From assembly GCA_937898585.1 (NCBI GenBank), contig CALDHR010000269.1:1-46002 (forward strand): 46,002 nucleotides of DNA, read 5' to 3'. Numbering within the stretch: position 1 is the stretch's first letter; the number at the start of each line of letters is the position of its first letter. Positions 33,671-42,754 of the stretch are shown piece by piece. This DNA comes from an uncultured Oligoflexia bacterium. GTDB taxonomy: Bacteria > Bdellovibrionota > Bacteriovoracia > Bacteriovoracales > Bacteriovoracaceae. Under the pieces are notes generated by a model. The model did no database searches. It saw only the letters and a list, made by a program, of their open reading frames with translations, and had not been told where the DNA came from. The translations under genes and the position numbers were made by a program.

Positions 33671-35249
33671 AATTTTTCAAAAAAGAATCGACAAAGTTTT
33701 CTTTTTCAAAGAGATCTTTTTCTTTTAAATATTTTTCTTCATAAAAAGAAAAAATTCTTTTGGCCATTTCTTCATCTGTTAGCTTGAGTTTTGGCCTCAT
33801 CATTCGAACAATTCTAATGATTCGATCTGTTAACTTAAAATTTAATGGCCTTATTGAAGTGGTGAAATTTCCGGCCATGCACGTCACATTGGCCCAAACA
33901 GCACTAAAGATAGTATTAAAGAAAATTTTTAAGAATATTTGCTTCGTTGATGGATTCGTTTGGGTGGGAAGATGAAACTCAAAACGATCTTTTCCAACAG
34001 AGACTTCAATATTTCCTTTTTCGAGAAAAAGAAAAGAGACAAAGTTTTCCGCATAACTTTGATGACTCATCTCATAAGAATAAAATTTTTCCTCATAATC
34101 TTTCGATGGAAATGATGCTTTTCTCTTCATTAAAGATTCAAGCTTTTTCCCTAAGCTTTTCTCTCCTTTTAAACTCAAAGAAACATTGAAAGGACGTTTT
34201 ATAGGAATGTTTTTATTGAAAGGAGGTGAAAGATGAAAGGTGGCGACCTGTTCAAAGACATCGAGAATTGTCATTACTTGTAAATCTTCTGAAGATCCTG
34301 TCAAATTAAAAACAAGACCTTTATGACTTTTTGCTTTTTGAATAAGACATTCAACTAAGGGGCCAAGATTTTTACCTAGAATATTTATTCCTTCCTTTAG
34401 TTTATTAATCTCATTTTTAATAAAAAGACTAAACTCTTCTTCAGAGAGATAGAGATGACGAAAAACAAATACAAGATAAGTGAGAAGAGCTGTTGAGGCC
34501 TGAAGCCTCGTTGAGCCCATTATACTCATGGGGCCAACAAAAAGAGGAATGCGCACCACTCTATCCATTGTCAAAATTTCTTTGAGGCGAGGGGCCGTTG
34601 TATAAAGAACACTCTCTTTGTTGCAAAAAAGGAAAAAGTGATGACAGTGATAATCTTCTTCATATGACTCTTTAACTGCTTCTTTGAGAGCACCTATCAC
34701 ATAATTTGTCTCTCCTCCCTCTGAAAGACCAATCACTAAGTCTCCCTTTCTAAATCCTTTTTCTTTTAAATCCTTTGCTCCTTCTTCCTCACTATCCTCT
34801 AAGTTAGAAAAAACACTAAAGGCCCCTTGATCGAGACCTCCCATAAAACTGACAAGAAGCTCTTCACTGGCCTCGCCTTTGGCCATAATATTCCGCCATA
34901 AAAATTCCAGTAAAAGCCCCATGCGTCCAGAAGATCCATATCCACAAAGAAATACTCTTCCCCCACGAAGGAAAGTTTCTTCTAAGTGTCGTTTAAGTTG
35001 ATAAATTAAGTCTGTATCTAAAATAAGTTTACTGATCTCTTCAATACAATCAGAGTCAATGCTCTTCATAGATGAGAGCAGAAAAGAAGTTGACGACAAC
35101 TCTTCTATTGTCTTTTCTCTATAGCGAGGATGAAGTTTTTCTGTATCTAAACTCTTAAGATCAAAATTCTCTCTGTCCATCAAGAAATTCTTCAATGTCT
35201 CACTCATCATAACCATTGTTTTCCTTTTCTCTAAAGATATTGTATCCAT
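33657..35249 (-). CDS. SIS-domain protein of the MurQ/GckR (N-acetylmuramate-6-P etherase / glucokinase-regulator) type, 530 aa
   Basis: LDTEKLHPRY..., GGRVFLCGYGSSGRMGLL, DLVIGLSEGGETNYVIGAL and VGPMSIMGSTRLQASTALLTYL parallel the MurQ blocks TE..NP, GGRLIYxGAGTSGRLG, GIAASGRTPYV and VGPEVLTGSTRLKAGTAQK. About 230 extra C-terminal residues. Confidence 0.6.
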   Translation of the reverse strand: MDTISLEKRKTMVMMSETLKNFLMDRENFDLKSLDTEKLHPRYREKTIEELSSTSFLLSSMKSIDSDCIEEISKLILDTDLIYQLKRHLEETFLRGGRVFLCGYGSSGRMGLLLEFLWRNIMAKGEASEELLVSFMGGLDQGAFSVFSNLEDSEEEGAKDLKEKGFRKGDLVIGLSEGGETNYVIGALKEAVKESYEEDYHCHHFFLFCNKESVLYTTAPRLKEILTMDRVVRIPLFVGPMSIMGSTRLQASTALLTYLVFVFRHLYLSEEEFSLFIKNEINKLKEGINILGKNLGPLVECLIQKAKSHKGLVFNLTGSSEDLQVMTILDVFEQVATFHLSPPFNKNIPIKRPFNVSLSLKGEKSLGKKLESLMKRKASFPSKDYEEKFYSYEMSHQSYAENFVSFLFLEKGNIEVSVGKDRFEFHLPTQTNPSTKQIFLKIFFNTIFSAVWANVTCMAGNFTTSIRPLNFKLTDRIIRIVRMMRPKLKLTDEEMAKRIFSFYEEKYLKEKDLFEKENFVDSFLKNSTFS

Positions 35250-35295
35250 TTATTCTCTCTTATTATTTAAATTATTTAAAGGAATACAATTTAAG

Positions 35296-35742
35296 ATGAA
35301 CTATGATTTTTCTTCCACTCCTTGCAATCAGTGTGGTTGGTGTTGTCGGCGGACTCCATGCCCCTTGGGACTTTTCTTGGGTGCTAAACCATTCTCACCG
35401 TGTCCTCATTTAGGAGTCTCCTCTCAAGACCCTGATGAAACCTATTGTCGTCTTATTTCAGATGAAAAAGATCCTCTCAAAAAAGAGGCCGCTAAAGAAA
35501 TTGTCATGGCCGGAAAAGGGTGCTCTCACCGCTATGGGCCACACCCAAGATCTCTCGTAAAAGATATTATGAAAAAAGAGTTGCCTCTTAGTAGCAATGA
35601 CTGGAAAAATATTATTGAAAGTACTCTTAAAGAATATCAACAGATGATGCATGAAGAAGAAAATAAAATGACGGCCACCCAAATTCAAGCGGCCATTGAT
35701 GAATTTATTGAGTTCCTTTCAAATGGTAACCCTTCTCACTAA
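35296..35742 (+). CDS. Small Cys-rich protein, YkgJ-type CxxCxxCC (putative Zn/Fe-chelating) motif
   Basis: CNQCGWCCRRTPCPLG near the N-terminus. The 3' end overlaps the convergent pheT by 38 nt. Confidence 0.5.
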   Translation: MNYDFSSTPCNQCGWCCRRTPCPLGLFLGAKPFSPCPHLGVSSQDPDETYCRLISDEKDPLKKEAAKEIVMAGKGCSHRYGPHPRSLVKDIMKKELPLSSNDWKNIIESTLKEYQQMMHEEENKMTATQIQAAIDEFIEFLSNGNPSH

Positions 35743-38202
35743 GAATGCTCACGACTCTATTTTGCCCCTCAAGGATAAGCTCAGGAGAAAGAGTTTTATC
35801 TGGATCAAAAAATTCAGAGCGAAGAGTAACGGCCTTTTCATTGCTTTCTGCAAATTCATAGACATCTACAACACGGCAACCTTGAAATTCTTTCATCTTC
35901 ATGGACTTAAAGACCTGCAAGATCTCTTCCACCATTACATCTTTACTTACCTGAACAGTGCAATCAAAAGTCGATCCTGGAAATTTTAACAAGGGGGTAA
36001 ACTTTCTTTTATCTTGAAAAGAGGCCTCTTCTAAAATGGCCAAATCCAAGACGAGAAAAGAAATTTGTCCTTTGAGCTTGAGTTTTTTCTTAAGCTTTGG
36101 TCCAAGTGAAGAAATAACACCAATGGTTTTTCCTCTGCATTTTACAAGCATTGATTCAAAAGGATGAATCCCACTCCAACTAGACTCAAGCCATCGCGGC
36201 ATGAATTTTAAATTGCTTTCTAATTGATAGGGAACCATCATTTTTGTAAGACAATCTTCTGTTAACTCCAAGAGGCGAACAAAGGGATTACTTTTTTCTT
36301 CATCAAAAAGAACCATTAACTGATTCTCTTCTTGGCAAAAATTATTTTTCTCACCATTAATATAACGTCGCCCTATTTCAAAAAAGCGAAAAGAAGAATA
36401 ATTTTTTTCATTTAAAATAGCGGCGTCAAGAAAATTAGGAATCAAACTCGATCTCATTCTGTCGGCATGGACAGAAAGAGCATTCACCAAAGTCAAATTT
36501 GAACTAATCGCTAAAGAATGATCAAGAAGTTGACACTTATCCAACAACTCTTCCCCCACAAGAGGATAACTATAAATTTCTTGCGAGCCCCCCGCAGCAC
36601 TCCAAAAATCTTGTAAAAATGTTTTTAAACGATAGCTTTTTGTTAACTTAATGGGGGCCACTTCCATCTTAGGGGCCACAGGCGTTATTGAATCAAACCC
36701 CACCATTCGGCCAATTTCTTCCATCAAATCTGCTTCAATAGTGACATCCTTGAGGGAGCGAAAAGAAGGAACTCTGACTTCATATTCTGTATCTCCTGCT
36801 TCAATATTTTTACTCATCTCAAAAGAAAGACCTGTAAAAATTCTCTCTATTTCAGAAGGAGAAACCTTACATCCTAAAAACTGCTCAATTCTTTTTTGAG
36901 ATGTTTTAATAACGGAGTTTTTTTCTTCTAATTCGCCTTCTTTAAAAAAAGAAATAATATTTCCCTCTGGTAAAACAGAGGGAAAAACTTTAACAATTAA
37001 ATCAATTAACCGATAAAGCACTTTTTTCATTTGATGAGAGTCGAGATTCTTTTCATAACGCATAGAAGAATCGGTTCTTAGCCCTAAACGTGTAGAAGTT
37101 TTTCTCACCTTCTCGGGAACCCAGTTGGCCACTTCGATAAAAATATTTTTTGTCTTCTCACTCACCGCGCTTCGTGATCCCCCCATAATTCCAGCAAGAA
37201 CAGTAGGTCCGTTTTTATCTGCTATAACAGTATCTCCTACCACGAGAATTCTTTTTGCCTCATCAAGAGTCGTGAAATTTACTTCTTCACTGAGGGGATA
37301 AATAGAAAGCTCGCTTCCTGCAATGTCATCTAAATCCATAATGTGGTTAGGAAATCCCATCTCCAGCATGACATAATTAGAAATATCCACTAGAGGATTA
37401 AGAGAGCGCATCTTCATTTTTTCAAGTCGATCGACAATATAAGAGGGAGTTTTAACACTAGAGAGATCAATATTTTTCAGCACAACTCCCATGTAGCCTC
37501 GGCAAGCACTATCGGGTGAAAAATCAACGCTAACTTTGATTGGAGAAGGATTAATACTTCCTGAGTCTAGAAAATGTTCTATCTTTTTTTCAAAAGCAAG
37601 ATCAAAGGGATTCTTTAGCGGAGTATTGAGAAAAACGGAAAACTCTCTTGCCAGGCCGTAATGCCCCCAAAGATCGCTTCGATGGGTGAGAGACTTATTA
37701 TCTATTCAAAGAGAAGGTCTGTCGTAATATTAAAAAATTTTGCTAGGGTTGATCCCGTAGGTGCATCTTTAGGAAGTTCTAAAAGACCATCATAATCTGT
37801 ATCGGGAAGGTCTAACTCTTGCGAGGAACAAAGCATTCCTTCTGAAACAATTCCTCTTATTTTTTTGGGCGTAAGAGTTAATCCACTAGAGAAAGTTGTT
37901 CCTATCTTTGCATAAGGAACCTTTAATCCAACCTTCACGTTAGGAGCACCACAAACAACTTCTTTTGTCTTCTCGCCACTTTCATCTAGTTTAAAAGTCA
38001 CTAAATTTAAACGATCTGAATCAGGGTGCTTTTTAATAGAAGAAATTTCAACAACCGTCACTTCTTCTAAGATTTTCCCTGTTTCTATCATCTCTTCTAC
38101 TTCGCAAGTGGCCAGAGTTAACTTACTCATAAGCTCTCGTGAAGAGATATTCGGCATATCTTTATTTAAAAATTCTTTAATCCAATTAACTGAAATAAAC
38201 AT
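35705..38202 (-). pseudogene. pheT: Phenylalanine--tRNA ligase beta subunit, interrupted by one single-base frameshift near 37705
   Basis: N-terminal tRNA-binding domain ORF 37702-38202 (MFISVNWIKEFL...). A second frame opens at 37705 and reads [22 protein letters not shown]...CRGYMGVVLKNIDL...LNPLVDISNYVMLEMGFPNHIMD through to 35705. The minus strand has ...TTTGAATAGATAATAAG; one more A (GAAATA) gives LLFEIDNKS. 2498 nt + 1 = 833 codons. Confidence 0.92.
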
Positions 38203-38233
38203 GAAAGGACCTCTTTTTACTCACCTAGTTACT

Positions 38234-39268
38234 TTACTGACCAAACTGACGCAAGAATCTCAAATCACCTGAGTGAATGAGGCGAACATCGTTAATTCCA
38301 TAGCGAAGCATAACAAGGCGATCGAGTCCAAGCCCAAAGGCCAATCCCTTGTATATTTCAGGATCAATTCCACCCTGCCTTAACACTTCAGGATGAACCA
38401 TCCCGCAAGGAAGAACTTCCACCCAGCCTACCTGTTTACAAAAACTACAACCAGTTCCCGAGCAAAGAAGACACTTCATATCTAATTCAAAGCCAGGTTC
38501 AACAAAGGGAAAATATCCTGGGCGCAAGCGTACTTCTACCTCTCTTTGAAAAATTTCTTTCAAGAGAACTTTCATAAAATAAATAAGGTTCGCCACAGAG
38601 AGATCTTTGTCTACCATCATCCCTTCTAATTGGTGAAAGACCATTTCATGAGAAGCATCTGTTCTCTCACAGCGAAAAACTTTTCCAGGGCCTACAAAAC
38701 GAAAAGGAGGTTCCTGCATTTTCATTCCACGAACCTGGACAGTGCTGGTGTGCGTCCGCAAAAGGTGTTTTTTATCACCAAACCAAAAAGTATCTTGCAT
38801 ATCGCGGGCCGGATGATTGGCAGGAATATTGAGGGCCTCAAAGTTATGAAACTCATCTTCCACGTGAGGTCCATCGAGAATCATAAAGCCCATACGACTA
38901 AAGATAGATTCTATTTCTCTCTGAACTTCACTGACAACATGAGTGCCAGGCATTTCGCTATCTGGTATTTTATTTTTTTTTCGATAACTATAATCAATCT
39001 TCTTTTTTTGTAATTGCTGGAGAATTTCTTCTTCTACTAACTTTTCTAGTCGCTCATTAAAAAGATTTTCCAGTTTTCCTTTCAACTCATTGATGCTTTT
39101 CCCTAGCTCTTTTCTTTCTTCTGGAGCAGCACTTTTTAATTGATCTGAAAAGGTGGAAAGCTTTCCTTTTTTTCCAAGAAACTGTGATTTTAATTGAAAT
39201 AAATTGGCCTGCTTATTTTCTTTCTCTAATAACTCTTTAAATTCATCAATTAGATGCGCTACATTCAT
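38234..39268 (-). CDS. pheS: Phenylalanine--tRNA ligase alpha subunit
   Basis: 344 aa. HPARDMQDTFW, LLRTHTSTVQVR, GPGKVFRCE..DASHEMVFHQLEG and GLAFGLGLDRLVMLRYGI are the classic PheS motifs 1-3. Confidence 0.95.
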   Translation of the reverse strand: MNVAHLIDEFKELLEKENKQANLFQLKSQFLGKKGKLSTFSDQLKSAAPEERKELGKSINELKGKLENLFNERLEKLVEEEILQQLQKKKIDYSYRKKNKIPDSEMPGTHVVSEVQREIESIFSRMGFMILDGPHVEDEFHNFEALNIPANHPARDMQDTFWFGDKKHLLRTHTSTVQVRGMKMQEPPFRFVGPGKVFRCERTDASHEMVFHQLEGMMVDKDLSVANLIYFMKVLLKEIFQREVEVRLRPGYFPFVEPGFELDMKCLLCSGTGCSFCKQVGWVEVLPCGMVHPEVLRQGGIDPEIYKGLAFGLGLDRLVMLRYGINDVRLIHSGDLRFLRQFGQ

Positions 39269-40299
39269 ACACTAAGATCCTGTTGTAAATTGGCCACTTT
39301 TTTATAAAAAGAAAAAAGTTCACTTTGTTCCACACAGGCCGTCCCTCTTTTTCCAACGACGACACCTGATGCACAGTTAGCAATAAAACATGCTTCCGCT
39401 AAGTTGGCACCAGCAAGGAGAGAGCTTGTTAAAACACTAATGGCCGTATCTCCAGCACCCGAGACATCAAAGACTTCTGCCGCAAGAGTGGGGATGACTG
39501 TAACTAATGAATCCCTATTTTGACGATCCATATAGGCCATGCCTTCTGCTCCTAGAGTCACCACCACCATATCAAGATCTAACTTATCTAATAAAATCTC
39601 GATGATTTTTGAAATTTTCTTTTCTCTATAACCAAGGTCTTTTACTAAATGCTCTGCTTCAAGACGATTGGGCTTTAAAAGATTGGCTCCCTTATAGGTC
39701 AAGGCATTTGCATTACGAGAAGGATCAATGGCCACAAACTTTCCCTTCTCACGATAAAGGGAAATAACTTTAGAACAAAGATCATGAGATAAAAGACCTT
39801 TTCCATAATCTTCAATAATCAAAGAGGAGTGATCTGTTAAAAAGTCAGAGGCACGCAAAAGAACTTTGTCAATATCTGTACTGCTTACCTCTTCTTTGCT
39901 CTCATAATCAATGCGGCAAATCTGCTGCGCGTGAGTGACAATTCTCTCTTTAAATGTTGTTTTGCGTTCATTGGAGCGAACAAGTCCCCAGGTGGAAAGA
40001 TTATTTTCTTCTAATAAGTTCTCCAGCATATCACCATAGTTATCATCGCCAATAACAGAAAGAAGAGTTGAAGAAACGCCCAACTTTCCCAAATTATCAG
40101 AGACATTGGCCGCCAGACCTAATTTAGGCCATTCAGAAGTTACTTCAAGGATGGGAACTGGCGCTTCGGGCGAGATTCGATTGACTTCACCAAAAGTGTA
40201 TTTATCAATGCCCACATCACCCAAGACAAGAACCGGATCGAGAGATGAAAAAGAGCTCACGAGACTCTTAAAGCGATCTTCATTCATTAAATTAATCAT
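39265..40299 (-). CDS. hldA: PfkB-family D-glycero-beta-D-manno-heptose-7-phosphate kinase (RfaE domain I / HldA-like), kinase domain only
   Basis: VLVLGDVGIDKYTFGEVNRISPEAPVPILEV and C-terminal VFDVSGAGDTAISVL..AN.ASGVVVGKRGTA match the HldE kinase domain. The TGA overlaps the pheS ATG (ATGA). Confidence 0.82.
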   Translation of the reverse strand: MINLMNEDRFKSLVSSFSSLDPVLVLGDVGIDKYTFGEVNRISPEAPVPILEVTSEWPKLGLAANVSDNLGKLGVSSTLLSVIGDDNYGDMLENLLEENNLSTWGLVRSNERKTTFKERIVTHAQQICRIDYESKEEVSSTDIDKVLLRASDFLTDHSSLIIEDYGKGLLSHDLCSKVISLYREKGKFVAIDPSRNANALTYKGANLLKPNRLEAEHLVKDLGYREKKISKIIEILLDKLDLDMVVVTLGAEGMAYMDRQNRDSLVTVIPTLAAEVFDVSGAGDTAISVLTSSLLAGANLAEACFIANCASGVVVGKRGTACVEQSELFSFYKKVANLQQDLSV

Positions 40300-40374
40300 A
40301 AGTAGAAACCTGCCTCATTATTGCGAAAAACAAGTTCTAATCGAAAAAATTTGAAAAGAAAAGTGAAGGGTTCC

Positions 40375-41436
40375 CTAAAAAATCTCTACAATGGCGTTGA
40401 AGACATCTTTTACTTCAATTTTGGGCATACATTCAAAATAAGGGCAAGATGCTCCAAGGCACTTTGTCCTTTCTCCACAGACAACATCAGGAGTGAGAAC
40501 TTGCATTCTTTCTTTTTCACCCAGTGGTCCCCAGCGCCAGCGAGACTGTGTTGCAATGGGTGAAAAAAGGGCCACTACTTTTGTTTTTAACGCAGTGGCA
40601 AGGTGCATAGGACCTGTTGAAGGACCAATAAACAACTTTGCTTCACTTAAAATTTCGAGAAGAAGACGAGGCGGGCGATTGTCACCTAAATAAAAAAATA
40701 TTTTGTCGGCAAGAGTTTGATATTCTTCTTTTGATAGTTCGTGATGAAAATCTCGCATATATTTTTCATCACTTTTGGTTGAAGTGACTACAAAATTAAT
40801 TTGAGGATAAAAACGATTTATTTGAAGCATCAGGCGAACATAGTTTCTCACCGGCCAGTTGAGCGTATGCCCTGTCATTCCTGGGTGGATGACAAAATAA
40901 TTCTCGAAAGGAAGTATACTTTTTAACTGATGAGAAAGAGTCTCTTTTTCTTCTTCTGAAATTAAAATAACAGGGGTGAAGTCTTCAACATGCAAAATGG
41001 AAGTATCAATTCCAAGAGGTGCGAGAACTTTGAGATTGTAAGCTGCTTCGTGCATTTCAACTAAAGATCTTTTTTGTCGAATCCCTTTATTGAGTAAGAG
41101 AAAATTAATGAAGCGAGATTTGACACCTCCTCTGAAGAAGATTCCGGAAAAGAGGGCGGCGATAGTAGGGACAGATGATCCTCCCATAAAGAAATAACGA
41201 TTAATTTTATTTTTCAAATAAAAATGAGAAAGTTGTTTTAAGCGCAAAAAGAGAGACGATTTTGGATCTAATACTAAAATATCTTCAATCATAGGATCAA
41301 TAGCAAAAGCGCTGTTTCGAGGAGATGTCACCAAATAAATCTTGGCCTCTGGTATCTTTTTTTTAATAAAATAGATCATAGGTAGAGTTAAAACGAGGTC
41401 ACCTATTGCATCTGTTCTGCTAATGAGGACATTCAT
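40375..41436 (-). CDS. Glycosyltransferase family 9 (LPS heptosyltransferase, WaaC/WaaF-like)
   Basis: MNVLISRTDAIGDLVLTLPMIYFIKKKIPEAKIYLVTSP is the GT9 N-terminal signature. The C-terminus has LFIGPSTGPMHLATAL. The ATG at 41436 (AAGGA upstream) overlaps the cmk stop as TGATG. The track uses TTG at 41439. Confidence 0.85.
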   Translation of the reverse strand: MNVLISRTDAIGDLVLTLPMIYFIKKKIPEAKIYLVTSPRNSAFAIDPMIEDILVLDPKSSLFLRLKQLSHFYLKNKINRYFFMGGSSVPTIAALFSGIFFRGGVKSRFINFLLLNKGIRQKRSLVEMHEAAYNLKVLAPLGIDTSILHVEDFTPVILISEEEKETLSHQLKSILPFENYFVIHPGMTGHTLNWPVRNYVRLMLQINRFYPQINFVVTSTKSDEKYMRDFHHELSKEEYQTLADKIFFYLGDNRPPRLLLEILSEAKLFIGPSTGPMHLATALKTKVVALFSPIATQSRWRWGPLGEKERMQVLTPDVVCGERTKCLGASCPYFECMPKIEVKDVFNAIVEIF

Positions 41437-42161
41437 CAAGAGTCCTTTTTCTTTTCTAGATTTTTTTCCAGCTGTTTTTTTTGGGCCAAGGAAACAATTT
41501 CCGAAACAATCTCATCAATTGTTTTTCCTGTCGTATCCAAAAAGAAAGCATCTTCTGCTTGTTTAAGGGGTGCCAATATTCTTTGCTCATCACGCCTATC
41601 GCGCTCTTGAATATCTTGAAGAATTTGCTCATAAGTGAGTTTCTTATTTTCTTCTCTCGTGCTCAGCTCTTTAAAGCGCCTCTGGGCACGCTCTTCTGCT
41701 GTGGCCGTCATAAAAATTTTACAAAAAGCATGAGGAAACACAACTGTTCCCACATCACGTCCTTCAGCAACACAAAAATTTTCACGCGCAAAATTGCGTT
41801 GAAATTCTAAGAGAAAATCTCTTACCACTTGATATTTTGAAATCTGCGATGAGAGATCAGATACGTCATGCCTTGTGATCTTAGAGGTCACATCTTCTCC
41901 ATTAAGCATCACTTTCATTTGGTTGTTCTCAAAAAAATAATCTAGTTTTATATTTTTGAGTTGCTCTTTGACTTCTTTTTCAGAGGAAGCATCTTTCTTT
42001 GAAGAGTTTTTAAGTAAATAAAAAGCAATGCTTCGGTAAAGAGCACCTGTATTAAGATAGATAAAATTCAATTTAGCGGCCACCATTTGGGCCACCGTTG
42101 ACTTACCACTGCCACTAGGCCCATCAATGGCGAGGGCCTTTTCTATCATTTTCATTGTCAT
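41436..42161 (-). CDS. cmk: Cytidylate kinase
   Basis: LAIDGPSGSGKSTVAQMVAAKLNFIYLNTGALYRSIA plus EGRDVGTVVFP. 241 aa. Confidence 0.9.
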   Translation of the reverse strand: MTMKMIEKALAIDGPSGSGKSTVAQMVAAKLNFIYLNTGALYRSIAFYLLKNSSKKDASSEKEVKEQLKNIKLDYFFENNQMKVMLNGEDVTSKITRHDVSDLSSQISKYQVVRDFLLEFQRNFARENFCVAEGRDVGTVVFPHAFCKIFMTATAEERAQRRFKELSTREENKKLTYEQILQDIQERDRRDEQRILAPLKQAEDAFFLDTTGKTIDEIVSEIVSLAQKKQLEKNLEKKKDS

Positions 42162-42218
42162 GCACTTTTTTTATTTTGCTTAAGAAAAATCAGTCATTTT
42201 TTGAAGAATGTATCGTTT

Positions 42219-42665
42219 CTACTTCTTCTCTTCAACACTTTTAAGTGCGCCAAGAACTAATTCTGGTAATTCTTCAAAGAAATCATTTTTTCTAAACTTG
42301 AGGGCCGTTATTTCTTTTTTCTCTTTTACCTCTGTTAGATAGGATTTTAAACGAACAATCGGACCCGCCATTTTATGAGAAAGAAAAATAGAGATACCAG
42401 TAGAAACAATAAGGGCCACGACGACACCAATAATATAATAAGTAAGAAACGAGCTTGTTTGAAGATCAATAAATTTAAAGAAAGGATGACCTTCTGTCAG
42501 ATTGATTTTCGTCCCAATTCCCTTAATATAATTCGTCATATTAAAAAACTGGAGAATAATTAAGACTGATGTGAGAAGAAATACTAAGAAATTGGCCAAA
42601 ATTATCGCGTATTGCATCCTGGGGTAGATGATCATCTTCGTACGAAACACCTTTTTCTTTTCCAC
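42219..42665 (-). CDS. Stand-alone 2-TM + HAMP-like protein with no output domain
   Basis: GTG start with AGGAG 6 nt upstream. Two TM helices flank a ~40-aa loop. Then LSHKMAGPIVRLKSYLTEV...FRKNDFFEELPELVLGAL resembles HAMP AS1-connector-AS2. The protein ends right after it. Confidence 0.5.
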   Translation of the reverse strand: MEKKKVFRTKMIIYPRMQYAIILANFLVFLLTSVLIILQFFNMTNYIKGIGTKINLTEGHPFFKFIDLQTSSFLTYYIIGVVVALIVSTGISIFLSHKMAGPIVRLKSYLTEVKEKKEITALKFRKNDFFEELPELVLGALKSVEEKK

Positions 42666-42754
42666 TGAAACTCCTTCTTCAAAGTTATTAATTTTTCCTA
42701 TATTGTAGCATCTCTAATCTCAAAATCATCAATCTCCTGGAAATAAGGAAAAAA

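Noticed and set aside
21295-38202. Programmed ribosomal frameshifting or genuine pseudogenisation as the explanation for the dabA, argS and pheT breaks
   Set aside because: No slippery heptamer plus stimulatory structure is present at the sites. Two of the genes are essential and otherwise perfectly conserved. The identifiable indels fall in short homopolymers, so sequencing or assembly error is the more economical reading. It needs read-level confirmation.
38630-39013. 127-aa plus-strand ORF antisense to pheS
   Set aside because: It is a shadow ORF within a universally conserved gene, with no supporting signal.
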